From contig JAFGAR010000028.1 in assembly GCA_016933575.1 (NCBI GenBank), positions 160,001 to 224,000 on the forward strand: a stretch of 64,000 nt of DNA, in the 5' to 3' direction. Of the stretch, positions 51,943 through 61,313 are shown in pieces. Under the pieces are notes generated by a model. The model ran no database searches and was not told the DNA's origin. It was given only the letters and a program-made list of their open reading frames with translations. Source of the DNA: Candidatus Thorarchaeota archaeon (GTDB lineage Archaea > Asgardarchaeota > Thorarchaeia > Thorarchaeales > Thorarchaeaceae). Every line of letters starts with the position of its first letter. Positions within the stretch are counted from its first letter, which is position 1. The position numbers and the translations under genes are program-made.

Positions 51943-52000
51943 CACATTCTTCGTCACTTTTATTACGTTAAGAAATCAGCAGAGAATAGGAGTCTATCTC

Positions 52001-52567
52001 ATGGAGACCGCACGTCAAGCATTGAAGTGGAATCAAAGGTCTGAACTAGTTAAGACAGTTTTTGTCATTCTTATTATAGTTGGAGCTACACTTAGTGCGT
52101 TTGGCATATTCACTATCGCAATGGGAACCTCAAATCCATTAGTTGTTGTAGAGAGTGAATCCATGATACCGAACCTTAACAGAGGGGATCTCTTAGTTCT
52201 GCAGTCTCGAGCACCTGAAGACATCAATGTTGGTGATATTGTGGTCTACAATGCATACTGGCATGACAAACCTATTGTACATCGAGTTGTCCAAAGAGTG
52301 CTTGTAGGAGATGAATATCATTACTATACTCAGGGGGATAACAATAGTCTAATGGATCCTGAGTATCGCGTCTATGAGGATATCATTGGAGTTGTGATCC
52401 TTGCAATTCCCCTTATCGGTCATGTTACTCTGTTTCTTCATGAACCATATGGATTGGCAATAGTGATTGTCATCTTTGTTGCCCTTCTTATTTTACCGGA
52501 ATTTGTCTTCAAAGAGAAGGAAGACGAAGAAGAGATGCCTTCTGAAGAACAATCACCCAATGCCTGA
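52001..52567 (+). CDS. Signal peptidase I, archaeal/eukaryotic S26B (Sec11-type)
   Basis: VVVESESMIP (Ser), GDL, PIVHRV (His), TQGDNN..D, IP.IG; flanking TMs. Confidence 0.9.
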   Translation: METARQALKWNQRSELVKTVFVILIIVGATLSAFGIFTIAMGTSNPLVVVESESMIPNLNRGDLLVLQSRAPEDINVGDIVVYNAYWHDKPIVHRVVQRVLVGDEYHYYTQGDNNSLMDPEYRVYEDIIGVVILAIPLIGHVTLFLHEPYGLAIVIVIFVALLILPEFVFKEKEDEEEMPSEEQSPNA

Positions 52568-52627
52568 AAGGGAGTTTGTTAGAAAAAATGGCCAAGGGAG
52601 TCATGTGGTTCTAGCTAGAAGTCTAGT

Positions 52628-54238
52628 TCATTCTCCAAATAATCCATCAATCAAACCTGTAATGGACTCAGAGTATCCATGTGGAAGTCTTCCTTCACTT
52701 GCGTCCTTAACAAGTTTCGTTGCTGAATCTGTATTCATTCTGAGGATTAGTTGACGTGATCCAATCTCTTCAGATAGAGCATCAAACTTCGCGCCTTTCG
52801 TATCAGCTGGCACTGCAATTATTGCTGATTCAATAGCGCCACTATCAATTAAACTCTTCAGACGTTTCTCAGCATAATACGCAGCAACCCCCCCACTGCG
52901 GTTCCAGTCCTTAATATTTGGAATGTCAATGCCGATTCTTTTTGTAACATCAGTCTTGGTAAGTTCTACAAGTACTGCTTTCTGTGCTAGGTCCCCATCT
53001 GAACCTATCTGAAGTTGTACCGCAATTCCAAGTGGCGCACCTGCAAGTTTTAGTGTTTCGACAATAGAATTGGACACAACGTTTGCAGTCAGCTTAATCA
53101 CATAGTCATCTTGCTCTGCAACTTCTTCAATAGGTTTGTCGAATAGAATAGTGTCCAGTCTTGGAATTAGATGTTTGATTGCCTCTCTAGGAATACCAGT
53201 GGAGTGCTGGAATGCTGCATCAATGTCACTCTCGCTGAAAGGAAACAACAAATCTGGAGGAGGTTCTACATTTTGTTGTTGCCAATATTTGCTCATACTT
53301 TCATTTACAAAAGCAAATACATCTTCTCTCGAGAATTTCGCTAACTCTACAGGAGTTTCCATACGAGACCTAGTAGGTCCATCAGCAAGGTTGTAGATTC
53401 TGTCCCACACATCAGTCAGACAAGAAGCCACGATTACGATATTCTTTGATTCATTGTAGATTCGTTTTAACACTTCTAGAAAATGGCGTTCACCATCTTC
53501 ACCATACGTATTGTACGGTCCCTCCATCTCATCAACAAACAACAAGAGAGGAACTTCTGAACCCTCTGCAAGTAGTTTGATTGTTGCCAGGGTGACATCA
53601 TCCTCTTCCAGAATAGTTCGTACGCCCAAACGATCCAATTCGCTATCGTTGAGAGCATCTCCTAGTAACCACCTTCGAGCTAAATCGTGTGTTGAAGGAT
53701 CAAGACGATATCGAAGAAGAACCTTGACAACATCAGAAGAGATTCCAGGGTAATCAACAATTAAACGCTCGAGAGCATATGTATAGTCGTACATCTCATG
53801 TGTAACGCCTTTCAAACCCCCGAACTTTGTTATTAGCATGTCAACAGCTTGTTCGAATAGTCTATCACCTGCTTCATCAACTATGCAGGCATGAAGATGC
53901 AGAGGAACTCGTACAGGAGAAGGTGGAGAGGGAACATAGACTGCAAGGAATCTGCCAGCAGCGAAATATTCCTCTTGGTCTTTCATTACCCAAAATAAGT
54001 GTGTCTTCCCAATCCCTGCCCCACCTAAGATTGGTTGGAATCGTGGCGTGGAATCATGCATTGTAAATCGTACTACTCGGAAGATTGCACGATCTGCATT
54101 CTTGTGAGGATTCGGAACATCAATATCATCCTTAATATCACCACGAGAAACGAATCGCTTTAGTGGTGGATTCTCTCTTAGAATATCAAGATACATATTC
54201 TTATCAAAAGTTTCCGAAAATTCCGATGGTGGATTAAT
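52628..54238 (-). CDS. P-loop ATPase, BrxD/DUF2791-like (probable ATT start)
   Basis: GGAGIGKTH Walker A, LLLFVDEME Walker B, ARRWLLG, G.PRE. In-frame ATT 54238 lies 9 nt after GGAGG; first ATG is at 54196. Confidence 0.7.
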   Translation of the reverse strand: MNPPSEFSETFDKNMYLDILRENPPLKRFVSRGDIKDDIDVPNPHKNADRAIFRVVRFTMHDSTPRFQPILGGAGIGKTHLFWVMKDQEEYFAAGRFLAVYVPSPPSPVRVPLHLHACIVDEAGDRLFEQAVDMLITKFGGLKGVTHEMYDYTYALERLIVDYPGISSDVVKVLLRYRLDPSTHDLARRWLLGDALNDSELDRLGVRTILEEDDVTLATIKLLAEGSEVPLLLFVDEMEGPYNTYGEDGERHFLEVLKRIYNESKNIVIVASCLTDVWDRIYNLADGPTRSRMETPVELAKFSREDVFAFVNESMSKYWQQQNVEPPPDLLFPFSESDIDAAFQHSTGIPREAIKHLIPRLDTILFDKPIEEVAEQDDYVIKLTANVVSNSIVETLKLAGAPLGIAVQLQIGSDGDLAQKAVLVELTKTDVTKRIGIDIPNIKDWNRSGGVAAYYAEKRLKSLIDSGAIESAIIAVPADTKGAKFDALSEEIGSRQLILRMNTDSATKLVKDASEGRLPHGYSESITGLIDGLFGE

Positions 54239-54364
54239 TGTAAACTACCTCCTAACTATCTCACAGATGAAGCTACACAGATTTGAATGTACCGAAGCTC
54301 CTGACATGATACCAGCAAAATTATCTGATTGAATCATGCTTAAACAGGATGGTGACGCTTTTAA

Positions 54365-54733
54365 TTGATTGATTCAAACCTTATGAACAATGTCCTTGAT
54401 AATCTAAATGTTGGAATAGTGATTATAGACACCAAAGATACCATCATTCTCTTTAACAAAAAAGCAGGAGAAATGCTCCAACAAGATCCTAAGACTAGAA
54501 TTGGTACATCAATCCTAAGATGCCATGGTGAAGTTTCTGAACAACCTGTATTGAAGATGATAGGCGATCTCAAGGAAAAGATCATGCCTCACTATGAGGG
54601 ATGGGTGAACTTCAAAGGTCGTATGCTCTATGAATATATCTACCCGATCTGGGGGCCAGATGGTACCTTTCAGGGTATTGTTGAGGAGCTTCATGATGCA
54701 GCTGAAAAAGCAGGTTATTTGAAGATGAGGTGA
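54365..54733 (+). CDS. Stand-alone PAS domain protein (in-frame extension past TGA to 54805)
   Basis: VLDNL..GIVIID....I..FNKKA, IG..I..CH, PIW..DG.FQG.VE. Confidence 0.75.
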   Translation: MIDSNLMNNVLDNLNVGIVIIDTKDTIILFNKKAGEMLQQDPKTRIGTSILRCHGEVSEQPVLKMIGDLKEKIMPHYEGWVNFKGRMLYEYIYPIWGPDGTFQGIVEELHDAAEKAGYLKMR

Positions 54734-54884
54734 GAGTGGAAGGAAATACACATTTCGGGTCTTGGAGAAAAAGCTCCACGAAGCCCACACGAACACATCA
54801 TGTAGTTTCCTTAAAAATTCCTTACTGAAACAGTTATGAATACCTCAACTATCAGCACCCTTAGCTCAGGATAGTGAATGAATC

Positions 54885-56189
54885 TTGGAACGTGAACCAG
54901 ATTGGGACTTTGAGAATGGTATCTCAGACAGTTCTAAGATAATTGGACTATCAGTCCTTACAGCCCTCAGCAGATTGAGTAATTCCTTCCGTGAAATAGT
55001 CCTTTTCCTCTTTGTCGCGTTCATCTTCAATAGTACGGATGTGAACATAGATGCATTCTATGGGTTTATTGTAGCGATTGCAGGGTATGTCCAAGCTATA
55101 GCCCTCTTTCCAGCTGGATCTTTGAGTGACAAAATGGGGAGAGGCTTAGCTATTCTAATCGGAGGTGTAGTATCTGGTGTAGGACTCATCCTGATGCCAT
55201 TTGCTTTAGACACGACTTCAATACTCCTACTCTATGCATTGACTGGTGTCGGTTCAGGTTTCACAATGACCTCGATTAAGACTCTGGTTGCAGACTATAC
55301 GGAGAGAGGAGAGGAGCGGACACGCTCATACGGAATCACAATGGCCGCTGGCACAATGGCTGCAGTTGTAGGACCTCTCATCGCAGGATTCATTCTTGAT
55401 CCAATTGCACTACCAGGTATCAATCCAGAGATGGTGAGATACACTATCACATTTTTCATGTGGGGTATCTTGAGAATTGCTACTGGAATTGCGGGTCTAG
55501 TCACAGAACGGTGGTTAAAGAAAAATATCATTCGTAAGAGAGTTGCAACTACAATCATAATTGAAGAGAAACCAAAGAATATTCCTGATGCAAGAAATGA
55601 TACTGTGACTTCATCACTCTTTGGAATCAGCCGTTTGATTATGGGTTTTAGCTCTGGCATGGTTGTGCCATATATCATACCTTGGATATACGACTCATTC
55701 AATCCGAGTGAGATTGTTCTGGGAAGTCTTCCTGCAATATCAAATATCACTCTGGCATCAGGCGCTCTGCTTGTTGGTCTGTCGAGTGAGAGAGTTGGCA
55801 AAGTCAAAATGATAACAATTCTCTATACACTTGCTCCTATCCTAACAATAGGGCTTGTCTATTCACCTTTCTTATTGATGGCTGTGTTCTATGTAGCACG
55901 AATGGGCGTAGCAAACATGGCTCAACCCGCATTTGATTCATTATTTATGGGTGAAATCAGCCAAACTCGAAGGGGAAGGTCATTGGCACTAACAAGGGTA
56001 ATGTGGACATTCCCACGTCAAACAGGTACTCTTGCTTCGTCATTCTTGTTAGCAATTGGGCTTCTCGGAACAACAGCACAATTTGGAGTAATCGTCTTTC
56101 CATTGGCAATGGCATTGTATCCTCTCAGTGTCATACCGATGTACGCTGCTGTAAGACGTAACAAACGATTGAACAATTATGGCGATTGA
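54885..56189 (+). CDS. MFS transporter
   Basis: G.LSDKMGR motif A, ERVGK, RRGR; about 12 TM. Confidence 0.85.
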   Translation: MEREPDWDFENGISDSSKIIGLSVLTALSRLSNSFREIVLFLFVAFIFNSTDVNIDAFYGFIVAIAGYVQAIALFPAGSLSDKMGRGLAILIGGVVSGVGLILMPFALDTTSILLLYALTGVGSGFTMTSIKTLVADYTERGEERTRSYGITMAAGTMAAVVGPLIAGFILDPIALPGINPEMVRYTITFFMWGILRIATGIAGLVTERWLKKNIIRKRVATTIIIEEKPKNIPDARNDTVTSSLFGISRLIMGFSSGMVVPYIIPWIYDSFNPSEIVLGSLPAISNITLASGALLVGLSSERVGKVKMITILYTLAPILTIGLVYSPFLLMAVFYVARMGVANMAQPAFDSLFMGEISQTRRGRSLALTRVMWTFPRQTGTLASSFLLAIGLLGTTAQFGVIVFPLAMALYPLSVIPMYAAVRRNKRLNNYGD

Positions 56190-56764
56190 ATTTTCATTTG
56201 TACTGTGAATTCAGGATTCGCTTCTTGAAATTCATATCGCAAAATATCCATGAACAACAGATTAGTGTATCTTCCATCTAAGAACTCAGACTCACGAAAC
56301 AGACCTATGCGCTTAAACCCAACCTTCTCGTATACATGTATTGCACGAGCATTTTCCTCCATCGTATCAAGGTAGATACTGTGAAGACCCAGAATATTGA
56401 ATCCGACCCATAGAATCACTCTGATAGCATCTGTGCCATACCCTCTAGAGAGATGCTCAGGATTATGAATCGATATACCCATCTCAGCTCTATTGTGTGG
56501 TTTTTTGATGTCTTCAAGATGAACAAAACCAAGAAATTCGTCTGTATATTTATCAGCAATAGAAAGTTCAAGAAGACCATCTTTCCATGGATCAGAGGAG
56601 CCACGCTTCATTATCCAATCCTCAAGATAGACCCGAGATCTTGGAATAGGAGCCCCAAGAAAACGGCGAATCTCAAGAGCGTTGAAATATTTCACTAGTA
56701 GGTCGAAATCAGATTCTTGGACAGCCCTAAGGCACACAAGATTTCCAAAGTACATGAGAATCAT
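56177..56764 (-). CDS. GNAT acetyltransferase, RimJ/RimL-like
   Basis: LRAV...D, AEMGI.I, SRGYGTDA, F..LGLH.I.L, N.RAI..YEKVGF. Confidence 0.9.
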   Translation of the reverse strand: MILMYFGNLVCLRAVQESDFDLLVKYFNALEIRRFLGAPIPRSRVYLEDWIMKRGSSDPWKDGLLELSIADKYTDEFLGFVHLEDIKKPHNRAEMGISIHNPEHLSRGYGTDAIRVILWVGFNILGLHSIYLDTMEENARAIHVYEKVGFKRIGLFRESEFLDGRYTNLLFMDILRYEFQEANPEFTVQMKIQSP

Positions 56765-56777
56765 CTAATTCAAGAAA

Positions 56778-56895
56778 CTTCACACTGAAAAACAAATCTC
56801 TGCAGTCCGGTGAAGTTCGCTCCACCGGACTGTGAGGAGGGAGTGGGTAGTTGAATACAGTGATACTCCAGGATGACCCACTCACAATGTGAGAA
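56778..56895 (-). ncRNA. Candidate structured RNA (~118 nt; closing stem, two hairpins, CCUCC linker, U-tract)
   Basis: Minus strand: TCACATTG/CAGTGTGA, GAGTGGGT/ACCCACTC, 13-bp CAGTCCGGTGGAG-CGAA-CTTCACCGGACTG; G-U pairs only on -; CTTATAT about 30 nt upstream. Confidence 0.6.
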
Positions 56896-56901
56896 CAACC
56901 T

Positions 56902-56917
56902 GTGATATTATTATCAC
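56902..56917. promoter_or_regulatory. Palindromic operator candidate GTGATA-N4-TATCAC
   Basis: Perfect 6-bp inverted repeat between the TATA-like box (56924-56930, minus) and the RNA 5' end. Confidence 0.4.
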
Positions 56918-57019
56918 GAATGAATATAAGAGACAGGTTCAACGCCAAATTCAAACAATCATTTTATAAAATACCAGTATGAAATTTGCACTAGCTGTAA
57001 TCCTTATAAAATAACTATA

Positions 57020-57892
57020 GTGAATATGATGGAGAGAATAACGATGAATCAAATTCGTGGAATCAAGACTATCTTGCGAGGTAGAGAAACTAAGGATGGA
57101 GCTGGAGTACGCTTAACACGCATTTTCTCTAACAATGAGGTAGAGCTAACAGACCCTTTCCTTCTATTAGATTTCTTTGGATCGGACAATCCAGAAGAGT
57201 ACATAGCAGGATTTCCATGGCACCCTCATAGAGGTATTGAAACTATAACATACATGCTCAGCGGAGAAGTGAGACATGAAGATAGCCTCGGAAATAGTGG
57301 AGTAATTGAATCGGGGGACTGTCAATGGATGACAGCAGGAAGTGGCATAATCCATCAGGAAATGCCTCGTCTTACTGAAGGTATGATGAAGGGATTTCAG
57401 TTATGGGCTAATCTTCCCAAGTCAAACAAGATGATGAATCCACGTTACCGAGATATCAAGGAAAGTGATATTCCAGAAGTCCTTTTAGATAATGGAACAC
57501 AAATCAAAATAATTGCAGGGGAAGTAAATGGAATTCGAGGTCCAGTAGAAGAAATAGTTACTGAACCAGAATATCTTGATATTATACTATCTCCAAGAAC
57601 AGAATTCCAACACACAATAAAGAGAGGGCATAATGCATTTGTATATGTCTTTGAAGGTCAGGGATATTTCGATGAAGGAAAGAAGGTATCTGTTGAAACA
57701 AACAGGTTAGTGATCTTTGAAGATGGTGACATGGTTATTGCATCTTCTGGCGATTGTCATATGCGATTCCTCCTTATATCTGGAAAACCAATAGGTGAAC
57801 CGATTGCTTGGTACGGACCAATTGTTATGAATACGCGAGAAGAGCTTGATATTGCCTTTCGAGAATATCGTGATGGCAACTTCATCAAATAA
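57020..57892 (+). CDS. Pirin family protein
   Basis: DGAGV, DPFLLLD, GFPWHPHRGIET.TY, WMTAG.GI.HQE, QLW.NLP, YGP.VMN. Confidence 0.95.
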   Translation: MNMMERITMNQIRGIKTILRGRETKDGAGVRLTRIFSNNEVELTDPFLLLDFFGSDNPEEYIAGFPWHPHRGIETITYMLSGEVRHEDSLGNSGVIESGDCQWMTAGSGIIHQEMPRLTEGMMKGFQLWANLPKSNKMMNPRYRDIKESDIPEVLLDNGTQIKIIAGEVNGIRGPVEEIVTEPEYLDIILSPRTEFQHTIKRGHNAFVYVFEGQGYFDEGKKVSVETNRLVIFEDGDMVIASSGDCHMRFLLISGKPIGEPIAWYGPIVMNTREELDIAFREYRDGNFIK

Positions 57893-58550
57893 ATATGGAA
57901 AGAATGTGGTTCAATCGCGTCTGAATTCTATTCATTATATCATTGCGTCGAGACCAATAAGGCTCCTCAATTTGGTTTCGGCGAAATCGTTTTTGCATCA
58001 TAGGAAATGCATACTCAAGCTCCTTTTCTGCATCAGGATTATGGATATCACTAAGTGCAAGTAGAGTATAGAAATATGGAAATCCCTTCCAACTACCGTT
58101 TCCATCTCTGTGCTTAACAAGTTCAGATAGCAATCCCGCAAGTTTGGCCTGCGACTCTTTTGCAGACAAGTAGCGCATGTACGATACTGTGGAATGTTTG
58201 CACTCACCAGTCGAACAGAATTCTGAAAAGCATTGTCGCTGAATCCATTTGTCAACTCGGTGAATGCATTCAGAAACATAGTCAGCTCTGGACTTCGACA
58301 AAAGCAAGGCTCTCGCAGCCTCTAGAGTGAGAATATTCTTTGCGGCTAGTTGCGTCTGAATTTTTTCGCCCGTGTATAATCTGGATTTTAGACCACTCAC
58401 ATTTCTCGTTTCGATAAAGACTCCTTCATCTGAGCCATAGGCAAGTTGCTGGTTAATAATGAAACGGAGCACATTATCATTGTCGTTGGAAATTCCAGCT
58501 CGCCATGCTTCTTCTATAACGAGAATGGCTTCTGTCAAGCTATCAAACAT
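57885..58550 (-). CDS. Hypothetical protein
   Basis: 221-aa ORF with FCSTGEC and W.GFP.FYTLLAL segments; function unknown. Confidence 0.65.
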   Translation of the reverse strand: MFDSLTEAILVIEEAWRAGISNDNDNVLRFIINQQLAYGSDEGVFIETRNVSGLKSRLYTGEKIQTQLAAKNILTLEAARALLLSKSRADYVSECIHRVDKWIQRQCFSEFCSTGECKHSTVSYMRYLSAKESQAKLAGLLSELVKHRDGNGSWKGFPYFYTLLALSDIHNPDAEKELEYAFPMMQKRFRRNQIEEPYWSRRNDIMNRIQTRLNHILSIFI

Positions 58551-58640
58551 ATCTAAGAATATAGTTGTATATCTATTATCGGTTTGACTCGGCCTGACCG
58601 AGTGTCATAATATGTTTTCAAGAATGCAATAATCCTTATC

Positions 58641-59273
58641 TTGTGTCCTGTCAAGACATACTTGGAGTTCGTACAAAGGACCGATGAGCGCATGAATGCT
58701 AAATTGTTTGTAGAACCACAGGGAAAGGCCAGGGAGCAAGTTGTCTTAGAATCATGTGTCCCGCTTGATATGAAACTATTCCGACAGTGGATGAAATCAT
58801 GGATTCCAAATAAGGAGTTCAAGAAGTGGAATAAAGATTTGAGGTCGATAAAAGCGCTTGGTGAGATTAGACCAGGGAAAATTGTTGAAGCAACAAGACT
58901 CGATTCTGACGGGGCTTCTCAATTGAAAGGTGATTTCTTTGCGTGCCGCTCGTATATCACTGAAAGTACTGGCGCAAAGAAGAAACTCCCATTGGTGTTG
59001 ATTGTTCGACTCAAGACGATGATTGACTATGACTACTTTGCATCTAAAATGGCTCTAAATACTGACCAAGATGCTGAGATCAAGGAAGCTCTGAAAGAAG
59101 ATGTCTGGGCACCTATTGCGGTCTGGCATCCACAGACTGTTGATAGGAAACAGGTGATAAATGCTGTAGATGTTCTTGCTCATGCAATCCAATACACGAA
59201 GGCTCTATTTTTCCAAGATCTAAAGAGTGGGGATTTTTGTGAGTTCATTGAAACTGAGATACTCAAAAGATAA
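58641..59273 (+). CDS. Hypothetical protein
   Basis: 210-aa ORF, no motif recognised; start uncertain. Confidence 0.6.
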   Translation: MCPVKTYLEFVQRTDERMNAKLFVEPQGKAREQVVLESCVPLDMKLFRQWMKSWIPNKEFKKWNKDLRSIKALGEIRPGKIVEATRLDSDGASQLKGDFFACRSYITESTGAKKKLPLVLIVRLKTMIDYDYFASKMALNTDQDAEIKEALKEDVWAPIAVWHPQTVDRKQVINAVDVLAHAIQYTKALFFQDLKSGDFCEFIETEILKR

Positions 59274-59326
59274 CCACTTTCCCAGAGAGGGTAAGTCTTT
59301 TCTGCAAGTAATGCATTTTTCATAGC

Positions 59327-61294
59327 TTGGTTTTTGAGATGGTGGAGGCTATGCAGATACCAGAGAACAAAGTTGGAATTCTGGTCGTATTATTCATCCT
59401 CTTTACAGTTTATTCAGCTAGTATCCACGGCGAAAGTGAAGGGAATTATGACAGCTCCACATTCGTACCAATCAATCTCCAATACAATGAGAAATCGGAA
59501 GTTGGCATCTTATCTGAAACTGGAAATGAGTTATTCGAGGATAACTTCACATCAATTCCACTGGGATTCAACATATCATTATGGAACATCTCGACGCAGA
59601 GTGATCCACCAATCATCTGGGAGGATGGAGAATGGTTGGTCTTGGAAGCCGAGCCTCTAACTTACTCGATTCTGAAATCAGTGACGAATGTGGGAAGTAA
59701 TGTAATAGCAGAATTCAATATTACGTATACAGAGGGCCTCTGTTACTTTGGTATTGGGTGGGGAGATAGATTAGTGGATTCTAGTAGCAATTGGAGATCG
59801 AATCTAAGACAATCAGAGAACGGTGTTTTCATCGATTATTGGGACAATGAGCTTTGCCTCGTAACATACTGCAATGGAGAGAGAGTAGCAGCACCAATCC
59901 ATAACTTGACTTTGAATCGAGAACATGTATTTACGATCGAGTGGCGCTCAACACTAGTTCGTCTGTTCATTGATAATCAAGTCAGAGGTACCATAAGTCG
60001 CAGGATACCTCAGAATCCCCTTCCATTTGTAATAACAACATCAGGTCATTATGAAACATCAAAGAAAGATCAATTGCGAATAAATTGCGTTAAAGTGTCA
60101 TATCTTACAATTCCCTGCTCAACTCGACCGAGTATTGAACTTGTGTGGCCTATGAACCAAAGTCAAATCACAACTCATGACTCAATCGATTTTGATGTGA
60201 TTAATTCTAATGGAGTTCTACTCTATTCATGGAATAAGCAAGATAATGCAACAACTAATTCACCTTGGGATATTCCAGTCATATCAAGCCTTGGGAGTGC
60301 TATTCTAGAGGTCTTTGTTGAGAGTGAATCAAGCATTTGGAATTCAATGACTCTTCAATATGAAATCGTTCATGATAAGTCAAGTTTCATGTGTCCCATG
60401 ATGAGACAGAATCCTATAATTGATGGGATAATAGATGTGAATGAGAAGCAACAAACCAATGAATTATTCTGCAAATGTATGAATGAAAATAGAGAGACAG
60501 AGGATATCACGATTCATTTTGGATTTCCAGAGGGATTGTTTTACATTGGAATTGACTCCGAGATTGCTGACAAGTGGAACTCACGAATATCAGTGTTGAT
60601 TGATGCGGACGGGGATAGTATCTGGGATGTTGATATATCCACACTCTTTCAAGATATTCGTATCTCCGTGGGAACACCGAGTGCATTTGCGGCATATACA
60701 GGAATCTACACGCCACTAGGTCAAGAATTATCTAATATCCAATTTCCAAGACTAACAATGGCTAGCTCTAACACAGTAGACGGACTATCTGCAGAGTTTA
60801 TTTTGAATCTGGAATGTCTAAATGGTAATGCAACCAGTGGAATCGGAATTGGCGTTATTCTGTCTAGAGGAGGTTACGATTCTGTTTATCCATCACATTT
60901 GAGCTATGGATGCTATTCGAATCTAATCCTGATACAAAACTCGGGTGTATATAATCCAGATTTCGTAAGTCAATTTATCATAGTGAGTGGGAGTACGATA
61001 ATAAGCTTAGTTGCTGTTTTTGGAGTAGTTAGAACAATCATTGCACAGAGGTCAATTTCACTTCATAGAAACCTTGATGATGAATATCTTGAGCGGATTA
61101 AGGTACTCCTCTACTCATATGATAGAATATCAATAGAAAGACTCACTCAACTCACAGGGATTGAGAAGAAAAAAGTCATCGAGTTGGTTCGGAAACTAAT
61201 TGATAGAGGTTTTGAAGATATCAATGTCATACAAGTTGAGCAAGATATCATACGAAATCTTACGGAAATCAAAAAGAAAGAAAAGGTAGGATGA
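59327..61294 (+). CDS. Single-pass membrane protein: ConA/GH16-like + Ig-like + CBM9/DOMON-like + TM + cytoplasmic wHTH/PCI-like domain
   Basis: Signal-like N-terminus; EHVFTIEW....VRLFIDN; NPIIDGII...E; TM; YDRISIERL....G......ELV..LI..G. Confidence 0.7.
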   Translation: MVFEMVEAMQIPENKVGILVVLFILFTVYSASIHGESEGNYDSSTFVPINLQYNEKSEVGILSETGNELFEDNFTSIPLGFNISLWNISTQSDPPIIWEDGEWLVLEAEPLTYSILKSVTNVGSNVIAEFNITYTEGLCYFGIGWGDRLVDSSSNWRSNLRQSENGVFIDYWDNELCLVTYCNGERVAAPIHNLTLNREHVFTIEWRSTLVRLFIDNQVRGTISRRIPQNPLPFVITTSGHYETSKKDQLRINCVKVSYLTIPCSTRPSIELVWPMNQSQITTHDSIDFDVINSNGVLLYSWNKQDNATTNSPWDIPVISSLGSAILEVFVESESSIWNSMTLQYEIVHDKSSFMCPMMRQNPIIDGIIDVNEKQQTNELFCKCMNENRETEDITIHFGFPEGLFYIGIDSEIADKWNSRISVLIDADGDSIWDVDISTLFQDIRISVGTPSAFAAYTGIYTPLGQELSNIQFPRLTMASSNTVDGLSAEFILNLECLNGNATSGIGIGVILSRGGYDSVYPSHLSYGCYSNLILIQNSGVYNPDFVSQFIIVSGSTIISLVAVFGVVRTIIAQRSISLHRNLDDEYLERIKVLLYSYDRISIERLTQLTGIEKKKVIELVRKLIDRGFEDINVIQVEQDIIRNLTEIKKKEKVG

Positions 61295-61313
61295 GAATCC
61301 AAAAAGGAGAGGA

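Noticed and set aside
56778-56895. 5S rRNA (size, three-way junction, 5' UCACA..GUGAG.GGG resemblance)
   Set aside because: The conserved CGAAC in loop C and GAAGUUAAG are missing from their expected positions; only an RF00001 covariance search could revive a 5S-derived origin
56727-56954. 75-aa ORF overlapping RNA candidate 2
   Set aside because: Atypical composition, overlaps the GNAT start; the pairing pattern explains the region
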